A DNA stretch of 64,000 nt. It comes from Octopus vulgaris. Its lineage: Eukaryota. The position numbers and the translations under genes are program-made. The notes beneath the pieces were generated by a model. It did not search any database. It was not told where the DNA came from and saw only the letters and a program-made list of their open reading frames with translations. Each line of letters opens with the position of its first letter. Position 1 is the stretch's first letter. Location: contig OX597815.1 of the NCBI GenBank assembly GCA_951406725.2, positions 119,598,001 to 119,662,000 of the forward strand, written 5' to 3'. Positions 1-12,494 of this stretch are shown piece by piece.

Positions 1-777
1 GTGCGCGTGCACACACACACACACACAATAGATAAAATGCACACTAGTAAAATCAGGAAAGAAACAATACATAAAGTTGGACAAGCAAAAACAAGTGGTG
101 GAACAAGCAGAAAAAAATGAAGCATAACATTAACAATCAAGGAATGTGTACAATGAAAACAAATATGTCAAAAGGGAAGAAATGGAAAGACTAACATTTC
201 AGGTGGCACTCCTTATCATGACATACAATTAACCCTGAATTTCCTCATTTCATGTTACATTTAACTTGCGTAGTTTCACTTCAGCATGGTTTCAGTTAGG
301 ACTTTTTTTTCTCACAGACACCCACTTCAGTTTTTCATTTTTCTTGCATGTTAGTTTCATTTCACTTTTCAGGTATATCTTAGCACAGCCAATTTGGTAC
401 TGCCTATCCACTTATTCAAAACTGACTCATTTGACATGAGACATTTTTAATGTTTGTGCCATTCTCTGTCACTGTCACTTTCTCCCACCCTGTCTTTCTG
501 TTTGTAAGTATATTTCTCTTTATGAGTCTCAGGAGAAGGATAATGTTCATGTCAACCATGCTCAATCAATAAATTGTAAAATCTCCCTTTCTCTTTCTCA
601 TTCTATCTGTATATTTCTGCATGGACATACATTTGTTTTATGCCCAAATGCCAAAAAGAAGTCACCAAAACAGGTTCTATGTCTAGTCTGCCATACCAAG
701 TCATGAGCCTCCAAACATCTGACCCCAACTATCTCATTTGTCACTTCTTTGATAGTGAGGTACATGACACTCTAAAC

Positions 778-984
778 CAGTGGTTCCCAAACTTTTATGG
801 GCTGCCGCCCCCTTGACACCCAGGCCACATTCCTAGTGCCCCCACCCCAACTAACCATCACAAACATAGACTTCTTTCTGAAGCAAATTCAAAGCAACTG
901 TATTTCACAAATAAAACTTAACCTAATGAACCCATTATTTTGTTGTTTTTACATGAATCGGCACCCCATTATCACCCAATTTTT
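778..984 (+). mobile_element. hAT/Charlie-type MITE, right end missing
   Basis: Starts CAGTGGTTCCCAAAC after CTCTAAAC (Charlie-like target). Closely matches the first ~200 bp of 9226-9506 and stops just before the SINE at 991. Confidence 0.8.
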
Positions 985-990
985 ACATTA

Positions 991-1394
991 GGCGTAGGAG
1001 TGGGTGTGTGGTAAGTAGCTTGCTTACCAACCACATGGTTCTGGGTTCAGTCCCACTGCGTGGCACCTTGGGCAAGCATCTTCTCCTATAGCCCCAGGCC
1101 AAAGCCTTGTGAGTCGATTTGGTAAATGGAAACTGAAAGAAGCCTGTTGTATACATGTATATATATATGTGTGTGTATATGCTGGTGTGTCTGTTTTTGT
1201 CCCCCCAACATCGCTTGACAACCGATGCTGGTGTGTTTACGTCCACGTAACTTAGCGATTCGGCAAAAGGGACTGATAGAATAAGTACTAGGCTTACAAA
1301 GAATAAGCCCTGGGGTCGATTTGCTCGATTAAAGGCGGTGCTCCAGCATGGCCACAGTCAACTGACTGGAACAAGTAAAAAAGTAAAAGAGAGT
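991..1394 (+). mobile_element. tRNA-derived SINE family A1, full length
   Basis: Pol III A-box-like TGGGTGTGTGG (1001-1011) and B-box-like GGTTCAGTCC (1044-1053), CACCTTGGGCAAG motif, internal (TA)/(TG) tract, tail ACAAGTAAAAAAGTAAAAGAG. Several homologous copies in the window. Confidence 0.9.
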
Positions 1395-2277
1395 GAGTTT
1401 AATTGCTGAATGTTCAATAATTTTAGGATACACATAATCATACAGTGACTTTCATCCTCATTTAATATACATTTTCCATACTGGCATGGGTTGGATAGTT
1501 TGACGAAGTCCAACGAGCCATACAAAAAGATCTGTTATTTTAGAAAGAAAAAAAAATCTAATATTTCAACAGTATATATATATATTACACACACACACAC
1601 ACATATATACTTTTACAATCTGAAGGCAAGTAAACCAGAACTTCAAGATCAATGGTAATCTTTAACTTGTAAAAGTTAATATAAAAATTATGTAGTCTAC
1701 TAAAAATTATTGAATTCTTCAGTTTAATGCTTAATTGATTTTATAACTTGACATAAACAAACACACACACACATGTAATAATCTACTTCTTAGCCCCTAT
1801 TTCAATAAGTGTTTGAATATATATTTTGTTTGTGTATTTTATTTAACTAATAATTCAATTAAAAAAAGAAAAAACATGTTTCTCTCATTTAACTCATGCC
1901 ACCAGCAGCTATGTAAACTAAGTAATGGATGGATGGATGGATAAATGAATGTACATAAATATGTGTGTGTATGTGCACGTAAATATGTATGTACATATGT
2001 ATATATGCATGTATATACTCATTTTTACAATTTCATATACCCAAACAAAACTCAAAAGAGATTAGCTGGCTTGACTTATGTTTACCTCTGCTCTACAACA
2101 TTTTTGAATAATAATTCAACAGGGCAATAGAAACTATACCAAGTATATTTGCCAAGTTATCAATCCTAGGACAAAGCTGACCCCAATTGCATTTCAACAC
2201 AAAATCATTACATCAAAACTGCATATCGTCTTGACTCTCATTCTCTACAATTTGCATGATTTCACACACTAGTCACT

Positions 2278-2800
2278 ATCATCATCATCGTTTAACGTCC
2301 GTTCTCCATGCTAGCATGGGTTGGACGGTTCGACCGGGGATCTGGGAAGTCAGAAGGCTACACCAGGCTCCAGTCTGATCTGGCAATGTTTCTTCAGATG
2401 GATGCCCTTCCTAATGCCAACCACTCCGTGAGTGTAGTGGGTGCTTTTTACATGCCACCGACACAGGTGCCAGGCGAGGCTGGCAATGGCCACGATCGGA
2501 TTGGTGCTTTTTACGTGCCACCGGCATGGCCACAGTCGGATGGTGCTTTTTACATGCCACCGGCACAGGGATCACAACTGCAGTTTCCATTGATTTTTGA
2601 TGTTGGTGTACATGACTCAATGGATCTCCTCAAGCACAGGGTCGAAACGGTGTTTCTTTACTTGCCACCTGCACAGGAGGCAGTCCAGCGGCTCTGGCAA
2701 CTGCCGGGTGCCAGTCATAGGATTGGTTCAATTTCGATTCCGATTTCACTCACCCCAACAGGTCTTCGCAAGCAGAGTTTAGTGTCCAATGAAGGGAGGT
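2278..2800 (-). mobile_element. RTE-clade LINE 3' UTR fragment
   Basis: (GAT)n tail, CCATGCTAGCATGG palindrome at 2306-2319, GGAAGGGCATCC motif, repeated GGTGCTTTTTAC-TGCCACC units. Homologous to 43426-44089, which retains RT C-terminal coding sequence. Confidence 0.8.
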
Positions 2801-3574
2801 TGGCATGGGTGCTTGTCGTCGGATGAGGTTCAAGATCTAGTAAAATGAATAATAAATGAAGTCCTTGATGCCCCTTCTAGAATTTAAATGGTTCCTAAAG
2901 TAGAATAGCAGTGAAACATCAAATATCTGCAAAAATTTGAAGGCTTCACTCAGCAGCATCAATTTGTGTCTCATCAGTTGATATGCGATCAAATTTATAC
3001 ATTGCAATTTTCTAGTCCTGACAGTTTTGGTCATTAATGTCCTCAACTTCAAAACCATCATTTCACTTCTTGATCTACATTAATAAATAATTTATTATTC
3101 CAAGTTCAATAATGTCTTTCTGTTTGACACATTTGCTTATCAACCACATTCTTCTTTTACTTCTCTACAATTTTATTATAAGGACCACCATACCATATTA
3201 AAGTAGTACATACAAAACTGATCATAATATTCTCTTCCCTTTCAAAGGTTTTAAACGCTGACAAAGTAATGTAACTGAATATGTCAAAAAATTGTTTTCT
3301 CTTCTATCTCCTATCTCTTCAGCTACTTGAAAAATTTTTTAGTTTTAATCTACTCTGCGACTAGTGACCACCATAGAAGTTACTTTTTCCCCATTTTTTA
3401 AATGAATGTCTTCATATATTCAAACAACATTCCCCAATAATGATGTCAACCATCAACAAGAGTCATTTATAAAACTGGATTCACTATTTAGATCCAGAAA
3501 TACGATTCTGTTCAGCACCTCTCTAACTGAAGCCAAATCTATTAAGCTCCAACCCTCCTCATTGACCACCTGTA

Positions 3575-3602
3575 TGAGTGTGTGTGTGTGTGAGTGAGTG
3601 TG

Positions 3603-3641
<39 letters not shown>

Positions 3642-3678
3642 ATAGACACACACACACATATATGTATATATATATATA
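3575..3678. repeat. Compound (TG)n/(TGAG)n/(CA)n/(TA)n microsatellite
   Basis: Directly visible tandem di- and tetranucleotides. Confidence 0.95.
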
Positions 3679-5110
3679 AAGCCTTTACAATTTCAACAAG
3701 ATGAACAATAAGTCAAGAGTTGAATTAAATCATCTGAAAGATAGATGAAAAGTTTTTTAATAATTATCATATGCAGATATCTTTAAGGATATTTAGGATA
3801 AGTTCTTTTCAAAGCACCTTTAGCTTCCAAGACTAATTAGGAGTGGGGGATACAAATAATTTTTTTAAAAAAACAAATATAAAATTGTGAGAAAAAGAAA
3901 AAGAATTGACAATTACACAAAACCATTAATAAAAATTGTTTTGTATAAAAATGAAAAAAAGTTTGTAATTAATTGCTGATTGATTAGAATTTCTAACAAG
4001 AAATTATTCTTGTGTGAGTGGTATGCTTCCAGGACAGGTTTGTTACTCAGCAGCGACAGCCACACAACTTTGATCATTCAATCAGAAACAACTATTTAGC
4101 TGCAGTTTTTTAATGGAAAATCTGAAATTACTATTCCAAATATGCTATTCGTTATTAGTTGTTTTAATTTGTTCTTGTTTGTTTTTTTAATGGCAGAGTG
4201 CATGGGGGGGGATACCTTAATGGCTGAAAAGGGGTATTTCTAATGGAATAAGCTGTAATTTACACAGTAAACAAGGAAGAAAAATGTGTTTGTGAGGGGG
4301 TTTAATGTGTCGTAATATCTTCAAGTTGGGAAATAAAAATTGTGCTTTAAATACAGTTTTAAATGTTCTTTTTTCTTTTTTGAAACCTGTAATTTCTCTC
4401 ATATTATGAGAACTTAATTAAAATAAATATATTTACAACAAATTAAAAAGAAAAAAGAATACATACATTATAAATGATAAAAGATTGTCTGTACTGTTTG
4501 AGTCAGATGTATAATTTTCAGTACAAATAATAAGAGGGAAGATGTAAGGATTTTAACATATATAATCAAACATGAATTCACTTAGCATATTTTTCTGAAG
4601 AGAACCTCAAAGCAGAATAGAAATTAACAATATAATTTCAGAGGTTTACATAACTCAAGCACCTTTGTGTATTCAAAGATTCTTCATAAATATTTTGATG
4701 CCCTTCCTGATACAAACTTCTGCAACCAACCAACACATTTTTAAACTGCTTAATCAGGTGGAAAGGCAGCATCTCCAACAGTTTGCAGAATCTCAGACAG
4801 GTAGGAGGGATCCCCTGACCAGAGATCCAAAGTGTATGCCTGCAATAAAGAGGGCTTCACCAAAGTTACCCCTGGACCAGATGATGGTGTTAAAGAGGAT
4901 ATCTTTTGAGACTAACTTGCCTGAAACTGCCCTTGGTTCATTGGTACAAGCCCCCCGTTTTAAAATGATCTTAATTAAAATCTTCCAATAAAATTGCATG
5001 GAAATTTATGCTTCAAACAATAGCCTAATTATGACAAAGTTATTTTAATAAACTCACCCTTATTTTCTAAATTAACTGAAATAAAGATAGAATATTTCAA
5101 ATGAGATATT

Positions 5111-5318
5111 CTTTTACTTGTTTCAGTCGTTGACTGTGGCCATGCTGGAGCACTGCCTTTAGTCAAAGAAATTGACCCCCAGGACTTATTCTTTGTAAGC
5201 CTAGTACTTATTCTATTAGTCTCTTTTGCCGAACTGTTAAGTTACAGGAAGACGTAAACACACCAACATCGGTTGTCAAGAGATGGTGGGGAGGGAGGAC
5301 AGACACACACACGCACAA

Positions 5319-5361
<43 letters not shown>

Positions 5362-5531
5362 CATACATACACACTGGACTTCTTTCAGTTTCTGTCTAAC
5401 AAATCCACTCACAATGTTTTGGTCAGCCCGAAGCTATAGTAGATGACACTTGCCCAAGGTGCCACGCAGTGGGACTGAATCTGGAACCATGTGGTTGGGA
5501 AGCAAACTTATCACACAGCCACTCCTGCGCC
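5111..5531 (-). mobile_element. SINE family A1, full length
   Basis: Reverse complement of 991-1394, including the tail (CTTTTACTTGTTTCAGTC on +) and head (CACAGCCACTCCTGCGCC on +). Confidence 0.9.
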
Positions 5532-5848
5532 TATAACAAAAAGGTCAAGTCTACCACCTAAATACAAGGAAGGTTTGTCCAACAAGCTTCCACAACTTTT
5601 GTTTACCAAATTTTACTCACAACACTTTAGCCAATCTGCAGCAACAACAGAAGAAACCCAAAGTGTCTTGCCATGGAATCAAACTGGAAACCATGTGGTT
5701 GTGAAGCAAACCTAGTAACCATAGAATCACACATGTGAAGATGATGAAGGAAAATGAAGTTAAAAAAGAAGAATCAAAGGTTTCAATGAAAATTTTGTTC
5801 AGTTCTTCTTAGGGTCTGCCAGGGATCATAGGACTCGTAAAGCTGGAA

Positions 5849-6065
5849 CTTTTGTTGCCATAATTCTATTGAAATATACTGATTTGTATCAATTTATTTT
5901 GAAAATAATGAAGCGTTTAGTAAAAATAACTTTGTTATGATGAAGCTACTGTTTGGATCATTGACATGAAATTTTGATGTAAGTTTTTAATTTAAATCAC
6001 TTTAAAACAAAAAGTTTGTATCATAGAAGCAAGGGTAGTTTCAGGTTTGGCTGGTATCAAAAGGG
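5849..6065 (+). mobile_element. TTAA/piggyBac-type MITE family P2
   Basis: Ends GGTATCAAAAGGG|TTAA; body homologous to 14545-14764 and 20201-20417. Confidence 0.75.
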
Positions 6066-6084
6066 TTAATCTGAAGAGATGATA

Positions 6085-6285
6085 TCACTGCCCACTGAAC
6101 TGAAAGCCAGTCCATCACAGGGTTAACTTCCCAGTCATTGCTGCAACTCATTTGCAGCTGAGTGGACTGGAGCAACATTATATGAAATGCTTCGTCCAAG
6201 AACGCAATGCACTGTTTGACCCTGGAATCAAAATCATGCTCTTATGATCACGAGAGCAACATCCTAACCATCAGCACTCCTTCAA
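6085..6285 (-). mobile_element. Degenerate tRNA-type SINE family C
   Basis: CTCATTT-CAGCTGAGTGGACTGGAG motif shared with ~61520-61548 and ~28560-28590; reverse strand shows a B-box-like TTGATTCC. Confidence 0.55.
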
Positions 6286-6489
6286 GCAACCTGTACAGTT
6301 TGAACCAACAAGCTTGTCACTCCAAGGTTGCTTGACTGGTTAAAGATAATAATCACTCCTCCTTCAAATCCCACCCTACTAACTTAAAAATGCCAGCAAT
6401 CATGGTTAAAATGTCAATGAATATATGTCTGTTTCATCAGAGGTGACTTGCAACTAAAACAATACAACAACTTATTCGGTTGGCATATA

Positions 6490-6865
6490 TCCTTGTTATG
6501 TTAGCGACTGCTTTGCAACCACATGGTTCTGAGTTCAGTCCAACTCCGTAACTCCTTGGACAAGTGTTTTCTATTGAAATTCCAGACTGACCAATGCATT
6601 GTAGGTGAATTAGATTGAGTGAAACTATGTAGAGGCCAACAGGATGTATGAGTATGCGCGCGTGTACGCATGTTTATTCCTCCGGTCACTTGACAACCAG
6701 TGTCGATTTGTTTACAACTGCATAACTTAGCAGTTTGGCAGAACAGACTGATAGAGTAAGTACCAGATTTTATAGTAAGTACTAAGGTTGATTTGTTCAA
6801 CTAAACCCTTCTGAGTGGTGCCCCAGCATGACCACAGTTCAATGACCGAAACAAAAGGTAAAAGA
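6490..6865 (+). mobile_element. SINE family A1, diverged copy
   Basis: ACATGGTTCTGAGTTCAGTCC head, CTTGACAACC body, GGTGCCCCAGCATG...GAAACAAAAGGTAAAAG tail. Confidence 0.8.
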
Positions 6866-6902
6866 ATACACACAGAGCATTTCCACCTTGAATATATATT
6901 GG

Positions 6903-7314
6903 TCCAAGGTGGCAAGCTGGCAGAAACGTTAGCACACCGGGTGAAATGCTTAGCGGTATTTCGTCTGCTGCTACGTTCTTAGTTCAAATTCCTCGAGGTC
7001 GACTTTGCCTTTCATCCTTTCGGGGCCAATTAAATAAGTACCAGTTATGCACTGGGTTCAATATAATCGACTTAATCCATTTGTCTGCCCTTGTTTGTCC
7101 CCTCTATGTGTAGCCCCTTGTGGGCAGTAAAGAAATAGGTATTTCGTCTGTCTCTACATTCTGAATTCAAATTCCAGAGGTCGACTTTGCCTTTCATCCT
7201 ATCGGGGTCGATAAATTAAGTACCAGTTGCATACTGGAGTCGATCTAATCGACTGCCCCCCCCCTCCCCCCCCCCAAAAAAATTTCGGGCCTTGTGCCTA
7301 GAGTAGAAAAGAAT
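6903..7314 (+). mobile_element. Dimeric tRNA-related SINE family B with 13-bp target-site duplication
   Basis: Head GGTGGCAAGCTGGCAGAAACGTTAGCAC; internal duplication ~6956-7075 / ~7138-7254 containing GTCGACTTTGCCTTTCATCC; flanking direct repeat GAATATATATTGG at 6890-6902 and 7311-7323. Confidence 0.85.
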
Positions 7315-7774
7315 ATATATTGGAGAATATATATTAGAGTCAGCTAGGTATTCCAGAACACCTAGCAGGCATTTAGTTTTGTCTGAGAGATATAGAAAAA
7401 TCAAACTTTGAGACTCACCATGGACCTACTCGCTAATTCAGAATCAAGTTAGACTCTGTGTGTGTGTGTGTGTGTGTGAGAGGGAGAGGAGGGGGTAATC
7501 GAACCTACGGTTATATTGATTTAGAGCAATAATGGAGAAGGGAAATAGGAAAATGTGGGAAAATGTGATGTTTTTTGGCCTTCATTAAAGCATAAATGAC
7601 ACAAGTGAAGCGAACTGGCTTCAAAGAAGTAATCAAAACCACAGCTCACCAGAATAACCAAAGGAGGAGAAAAAAAAGAAAGAAAAAAAAGAAGAACCAG
7701 ATTGCAAAGATAGTGGTAGCTTTAGTTATTAGTTATTATAGCAATAGCAATTTTGTATCAATGGTGTGCTGCGT

Positions 7775-7995
7775 CGGTAGAATCATTAAAGCATTGGATA
7801 AAATGCTTTATAATATTTGTTCTAGCTTAGTGGCATTTCTTTCAGCTCTTTATGTTCTGGGTTCAAATTCCACTGAGGTCAACTTTGCCTTTCATATTTC
7901 TGGGGTGATAAAACAGATATCAGTTGAAGACTGGAATTGATGTAATCAACTGACCCAGTTTCCCTTAAAATTGCTGGCTTTGTGCCAAAATTTGT
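7775..7995 (+). mobile_element. SINE family B, diverged monomer
   Basis: GTTCAAATTCCACTGAGGTCAACTTTGCCTTTCAT matches the 6903-7314 core. Confidence 0.7.
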
Positions 7996-8346
7996 AAGCT
8001 GGAACAATATTTGTTCCAGCTTACTCAAAATGCTCTTTAAGTTCAAATCCAACCAAAGGTGAAAGTAAAGAATACGTACAGCTGGTGGTGAGGGTTAGGG
8101 TTGGGTTTAGGGATTTTATTATGCCAAAAATGGGTGGTGTACATATTCTTTACCTCTGCTCCAACCAAAAGTGAATTTACCTTCCTTTCTTCTGAGACTT
8201 TGGAAGTACTAGGTTTGATAGACATTCTTTCTCTTTCTCCCATTCTTTTTCCAGACAGACTACATTGTGCTATGAATAAGATTTTTCCACATAAGAGAAA
8301 CTGATTATGCTACTGAAACCATCCAATGGCAGATCAATGAACAATA

Positions 8347-8738
8347 GACGCAGGAGTGGCTGTGTGGTAAGTAGCTTGCTTCCCAACCACATGGTTCCGG
8401 GTTCACTCCTATTGCATGGTTCCTTGGGTGAATGTCTTCTATTATAGCCTCGGGCCGACCAGTCTTGCGAGTGGATTTGGTAGACAAACTGAAAGAAGCC
8501 TGTCATATATATAAGTATATGCATGTGTGTGTGTGTGTGTGCTTGTCCCCCACCACCACCACCACCATCACTTGACAACCAATGTTAGTGTGGTCACATC
8601 CCCGTGACTCAGCAGTTCAGCAAAAGAGACTGATAGAATAAATACTAGGCTTACAAACAATAAGTCCTGGGGTTGATTTGTTCGACTAAAGGCAGTGCTT
8701 CAGCATTGCTACAGTCAAATGACTAAAACAAATAAAAG
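8347..8738 (+). mobile_element. SINE family A1, full length
   Basis: GACGCAGGAGTGGCTGTGTGGTAAG head through CAGTCAAATGACTAAAACAAATAAAAG tail; colinear with 991-1394. Confidence 0.9.
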
Positions 8739-8854
8739 TATGTAGCATAGAATGGAAACTGAGTAAAGAATTTTTGTATGATCTCCGTCCTCACATATTT
8801 AACATAAATACATTAACAACAGTAGTTTTCAAGGCATTGTTACATTCCAATAAT

Positions 8855-9190
8855 GATTTCAGATTTAGGCATGATGCCAGTAATTTTGAGAGAAGGGGTT
8901 TAGTTGATTACATGAACATCAGTGCTCAGCCCCTGAAAGGATGAAAGGCAAAGTCAGCCTTGGCAGGATTTAAACATAGGACATAAGGAATCAGAAGAAA
9001 TGCTGCTAAACATTTTTTTTTGTTGTTCAAATTCCTAACAGTTCTGCCAGCTTGCCATCTTAATATCCCAATAATAAGTAATAAAGGCAGCAAAGTGGCA
9101 GAGTTGTAAGGACATTGGACAGGTTGTTTTATAGTATTTGTTCAGACTATGTGATCTGAGTTCAAATCTTGCCATGGTCAACTTAGCCTA
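8855..9190. mobile_element. Two diverged SINE B copies head to head (~8855-9062 minus, ~9085-9190 plus)
   Basis: GAAAGGATGAAAGGCAAAGTC...TTCTGCCAGCTTGCC, then GGCAGCAAAGTGGCAGAG...GAGTTCAAATC. Confidence 0.65.
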
Positions 9191-9225
9191 TCATTTAGCA
9201 GTACTGTCAATCAAATGCATTAGAT

Positions 9226-9506
9226 TGGTGGTTCCCAAACTTTTACGGGCTGCCACCCCCTTGACACCTGGGCCACATTCCTAGTGCCCCCACCCCATCT
9301 AACCATCACAAACAGACCGCTTTCTGAAGCAAATTCAAAGCAACTGTAATTCACAAATAAAACTTAACCTAATGAATACATTATTTTGTTGTTTTCACAT
9401 GAATCACTCCCCCATTATCGCCCCACTTTTCCTCAACACCCCCCTTGGAACTTAACACCCTCACCCTCAGAGGGAGGGGCAATACTGCCCACTTGGGGAA
9501 CCACTG
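9226..9506 (+). mobile_element. Complete hAT/Charlie-type MITE
   Basis: TIRs TGGTGGTTCCCAAAC and CTTGGGGAACCACTG; 8-bp TSD CATTAGAT (9218-9225) / CATCAGAT (9507-9514); second copy at 778. Confidence 0.88.
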
Positions 9507-12494
9507 CATCAGATTGTAAGAACTATTAGAAAGTTGGGCAATATGACCTATGGTACCCATTCTGGCTTTTGAGTTCTGATAATAAAACCTACAATGACAC
9601 TAGAGCCAAGTGTCTCAGTCCATGTTAGCAGCATGGAGAAGAGACGCTTCCACATATGGGCAACTGCCAGTCTTCCTTACAGGAAAAAAACAAAAACAGA
9701 TGCGTAGACAACTTTGGCAGACTGGGGGTGAATGTCTAGTAATTAATCTGTAACACAGAAATAACTAAGTTGGGGATTGCGGATTGGGGTATGACACACC
9801 ATTAACCTTAAGGTCAAGTTATAATCAATGGGAGAATTATTTAAAATACAATAGCAAAGGTAAAAAGGGAAATACTTATAACTTAGTGGTTTGACAAAAG
9901 AGACTAATAGAACGAATGCCAAACTTTAAAAAAAATAAGTGCTGGAGTTGATTTTTTTTTACTAAACCTTCCAAGGCAATGCCCCAGCATGGCCACAGTC
10001 TGAAATAAGCAAAAGAATGTGTAAGTATTGATACATAAAGAATCTGATTGTAATTTTAAAAATAAGCAGTAGAAAAGATGCATGTAAAAATAAAAAATGT
10101 GCCAAAACCTGTGCAGAACCACAGACACAGACACACACACAGATATATATATATATAATAGAGTTAAACAACTAGAATATTCTTCTACCACAAATAATGC
10201 CCAATATTTGTAAATATTAGGGATAATAAATTAATAATGTAATTATTAAAAAAAAGATTTAACCCGCAATAAAAAAAAATATTGTCATTAATGAACGTGA
10301 TTAGGTAGTAAAAGGGAACCAGGAAAACTAAAATAAAATAGAACATGAATATATGACAAAGTCTGGTAAAATCATAACGAAATGGAAAAACAAAAAAGAA
10401 AAAGAACAAAAGTAAGCGTTGAAATTCAGTCAATAGATATGAAAAGCTCAAACTGCTGTTCTCCCATCTTTCTACTTAACACCATTGATTATTAACATAT
10501 CAAACAGCAATTGTTTCAAGTCAGCCATGGTGGTGCAAGGGAGATAACTTTCTTAATGAGGTCATTAAAAAGAAGCATTGTCAACTTCATTTTCAAGAGT
10601 TGTTTAACAAAATTCAATATTTGATTTATCTATTTGGGAAAAAAAAATATCCAATATAGAAAGGAATATAGACATTAACTAGTGCCTCTGCGTGCACACA
10701 CACACACACACAAACGCTGATCCCTACAGATCATTAAATGAACACAAGGGTATAATTTCTTTTTTTTTTTTTTTTTTTTTTGCCGTGAGAAAATATAATC
10801 GGTACATTAAGAAATAATATTTAAAAACAAATATATATACATATATATATGATTAAAAACGTATTTCTAATATCTGGGATTACTTCTGATTAACTAACAA
10901 ATGCCTAAGTTATTAACATCTGGACAATTAGAAGTGTGGGACAATGAGTGCTAAAACTTAACATTCTGGCCTGACACATTTATATTGTCCTTGGGCAAGG
11001 CCCACTATTCTATCTGCTCAGGTCAGTTATTGTTAATTAGCATTTAGAAATTACCAGATGGAAAACTCATGATCAAACAGGTGGTGTAATTAGCTATACA
11101 GATAAGAAGCAATAGTCAAATTATATTCCTATACCAAAGGATTGTCCAGATCGGTCCCAAAAGAAGGGACAAAGAATTTGACACCAAAATGGAGAGTAGC
11201 TTTTAGCTCCTGTTTTACTTAAATGTGACCATTTCTAATCAAATATACTTCCCATGTACTTCAATACACACACACACACACACACACAATTTACAAGGAT
11301 TAAAATTAAAATAACTTTATTATTAAAATGATGTTTAAAACATGATTTAACTAAAATTATGAGAGGTTTAAGTTTGTCATATTTTCTATCAGAAAACCAG
11401 AAATGCTCCCAGGTCAGTTGATATGAAAAAGGATAAAAGAAGGTTTTAAACTGGTCAGCTACTCTTTCATTTTTAATGTTCTCTCATTTAGATTGCTATT
11501 CCAATATTTGTAGTATGTTTCATCATGGCCTTTTTTTTTTTTTCTTCCTGGGTCTGAAGAAAGAAGCAGTATCCATAGCTTTCATAGGCCCTCCTAGACA
11601 ATGCTATTCATGTGCCCCATGAACCTTTCTAAAGTCAATATCTGCAGGTAAGATACAATCAGGGACTAGATTTCTGAGAGGGAAGGCCTGGGTATTGTGA
11701 TTAGAGTAAGACCAGAGAATGAGAGAAAGGGAGAGACAAGTGGATCAAAAATGCTTGAGTGAGGGTGGCATGGGGCCAGCCAGATTTGAGGAGCAGAGGC
11801 CATGATAGTAGCAGTAGGAAAGGTAGAGTGGAGCAAGAGGGTGTCTGGTCCAGATGCTGCCATAAAAAAAATCAGATTAAGGTATATTTATTAGATTTTC
11901 TACTAAAATGAAAATGAAATATATATTTTATGACATTGAGTTTGTAACTAAAAAACAAACAACTAATAATAGATGATACATTGAAATTATCATAGGTATG
12001 AGATTCTCCCTGCAGAGCTAGAAAAAGACAGAAAATGGAAATAAAATATTATTACATCATTTTGTATTTGGACCACATTACAAATCAGCAGGTTCACAAA
12101 AACCACCTGGCATCACCCAGCACTGCCACCTCATTTTGGAAACCTGACAATGATGACGAAAAGGAAGCCGAAACAATAAGGTTAATGCAGCAACACCCAG
12201 TGACTGTGTAATGACCATTCTTCAACGAACTGTATATATGGGAGAAAGAAAGAAAGGCAGAGAGAGTAAAGGAGAGATGGATTAATGTTGAGGAATGAAC
12301 AAGTAGACTGTTAGAGGAGACCTTAGCAGTGGCACAAGTATGATAGGTGGAGAAAAACTAGCACCCAGGATGTTACAATAGCAGCCCTACAACTTCATCG
12401 TAAGCTGAGGCCCAGTCACACATGTATGTAAGGAGATAAGTTTAATGATAAGATGGAAATAAAGCTTTTAGTGTAAATTTTTCAAACGTTTATA

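Noticed and set aside
991-1065. tRNA-like A and B boxes
   Set aside because: These are SINE heads: no complete cloverleaf, and they continue into the SINE body.
983-1246. Recurrent peptide ...PKVPRSGTEP.TMWL.SKLLTT in several ORFs
   Set aside because: Antisense translation of the SINE A head, not a gene family.
2440-2680. Repeat-spacer pattern superficially like a CRISPR array
   Set aside because: Degenerate units, irregular spacing, inside a eukaryotic retroelement, and no cas genes.
2308-2826. 172-aa ORF with repeated GAFYMPP, with a similar ORF at 43478-43906
   Set aside because: Antisense reading of the RTE 3' UTR repeat units; no sign of a real gene.
2850-3200. Possible mariner transposase remnant on the minus strand (DGFEVED, QIFDVS..NHL)
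   Set aside because: Too decayed and frameshifted, with no TIRs seen; cannot be supported by eye.
8090-8112. TTAGGG-like repeats
   Set aside because: Only a few imperfect units; not a telomeric array.
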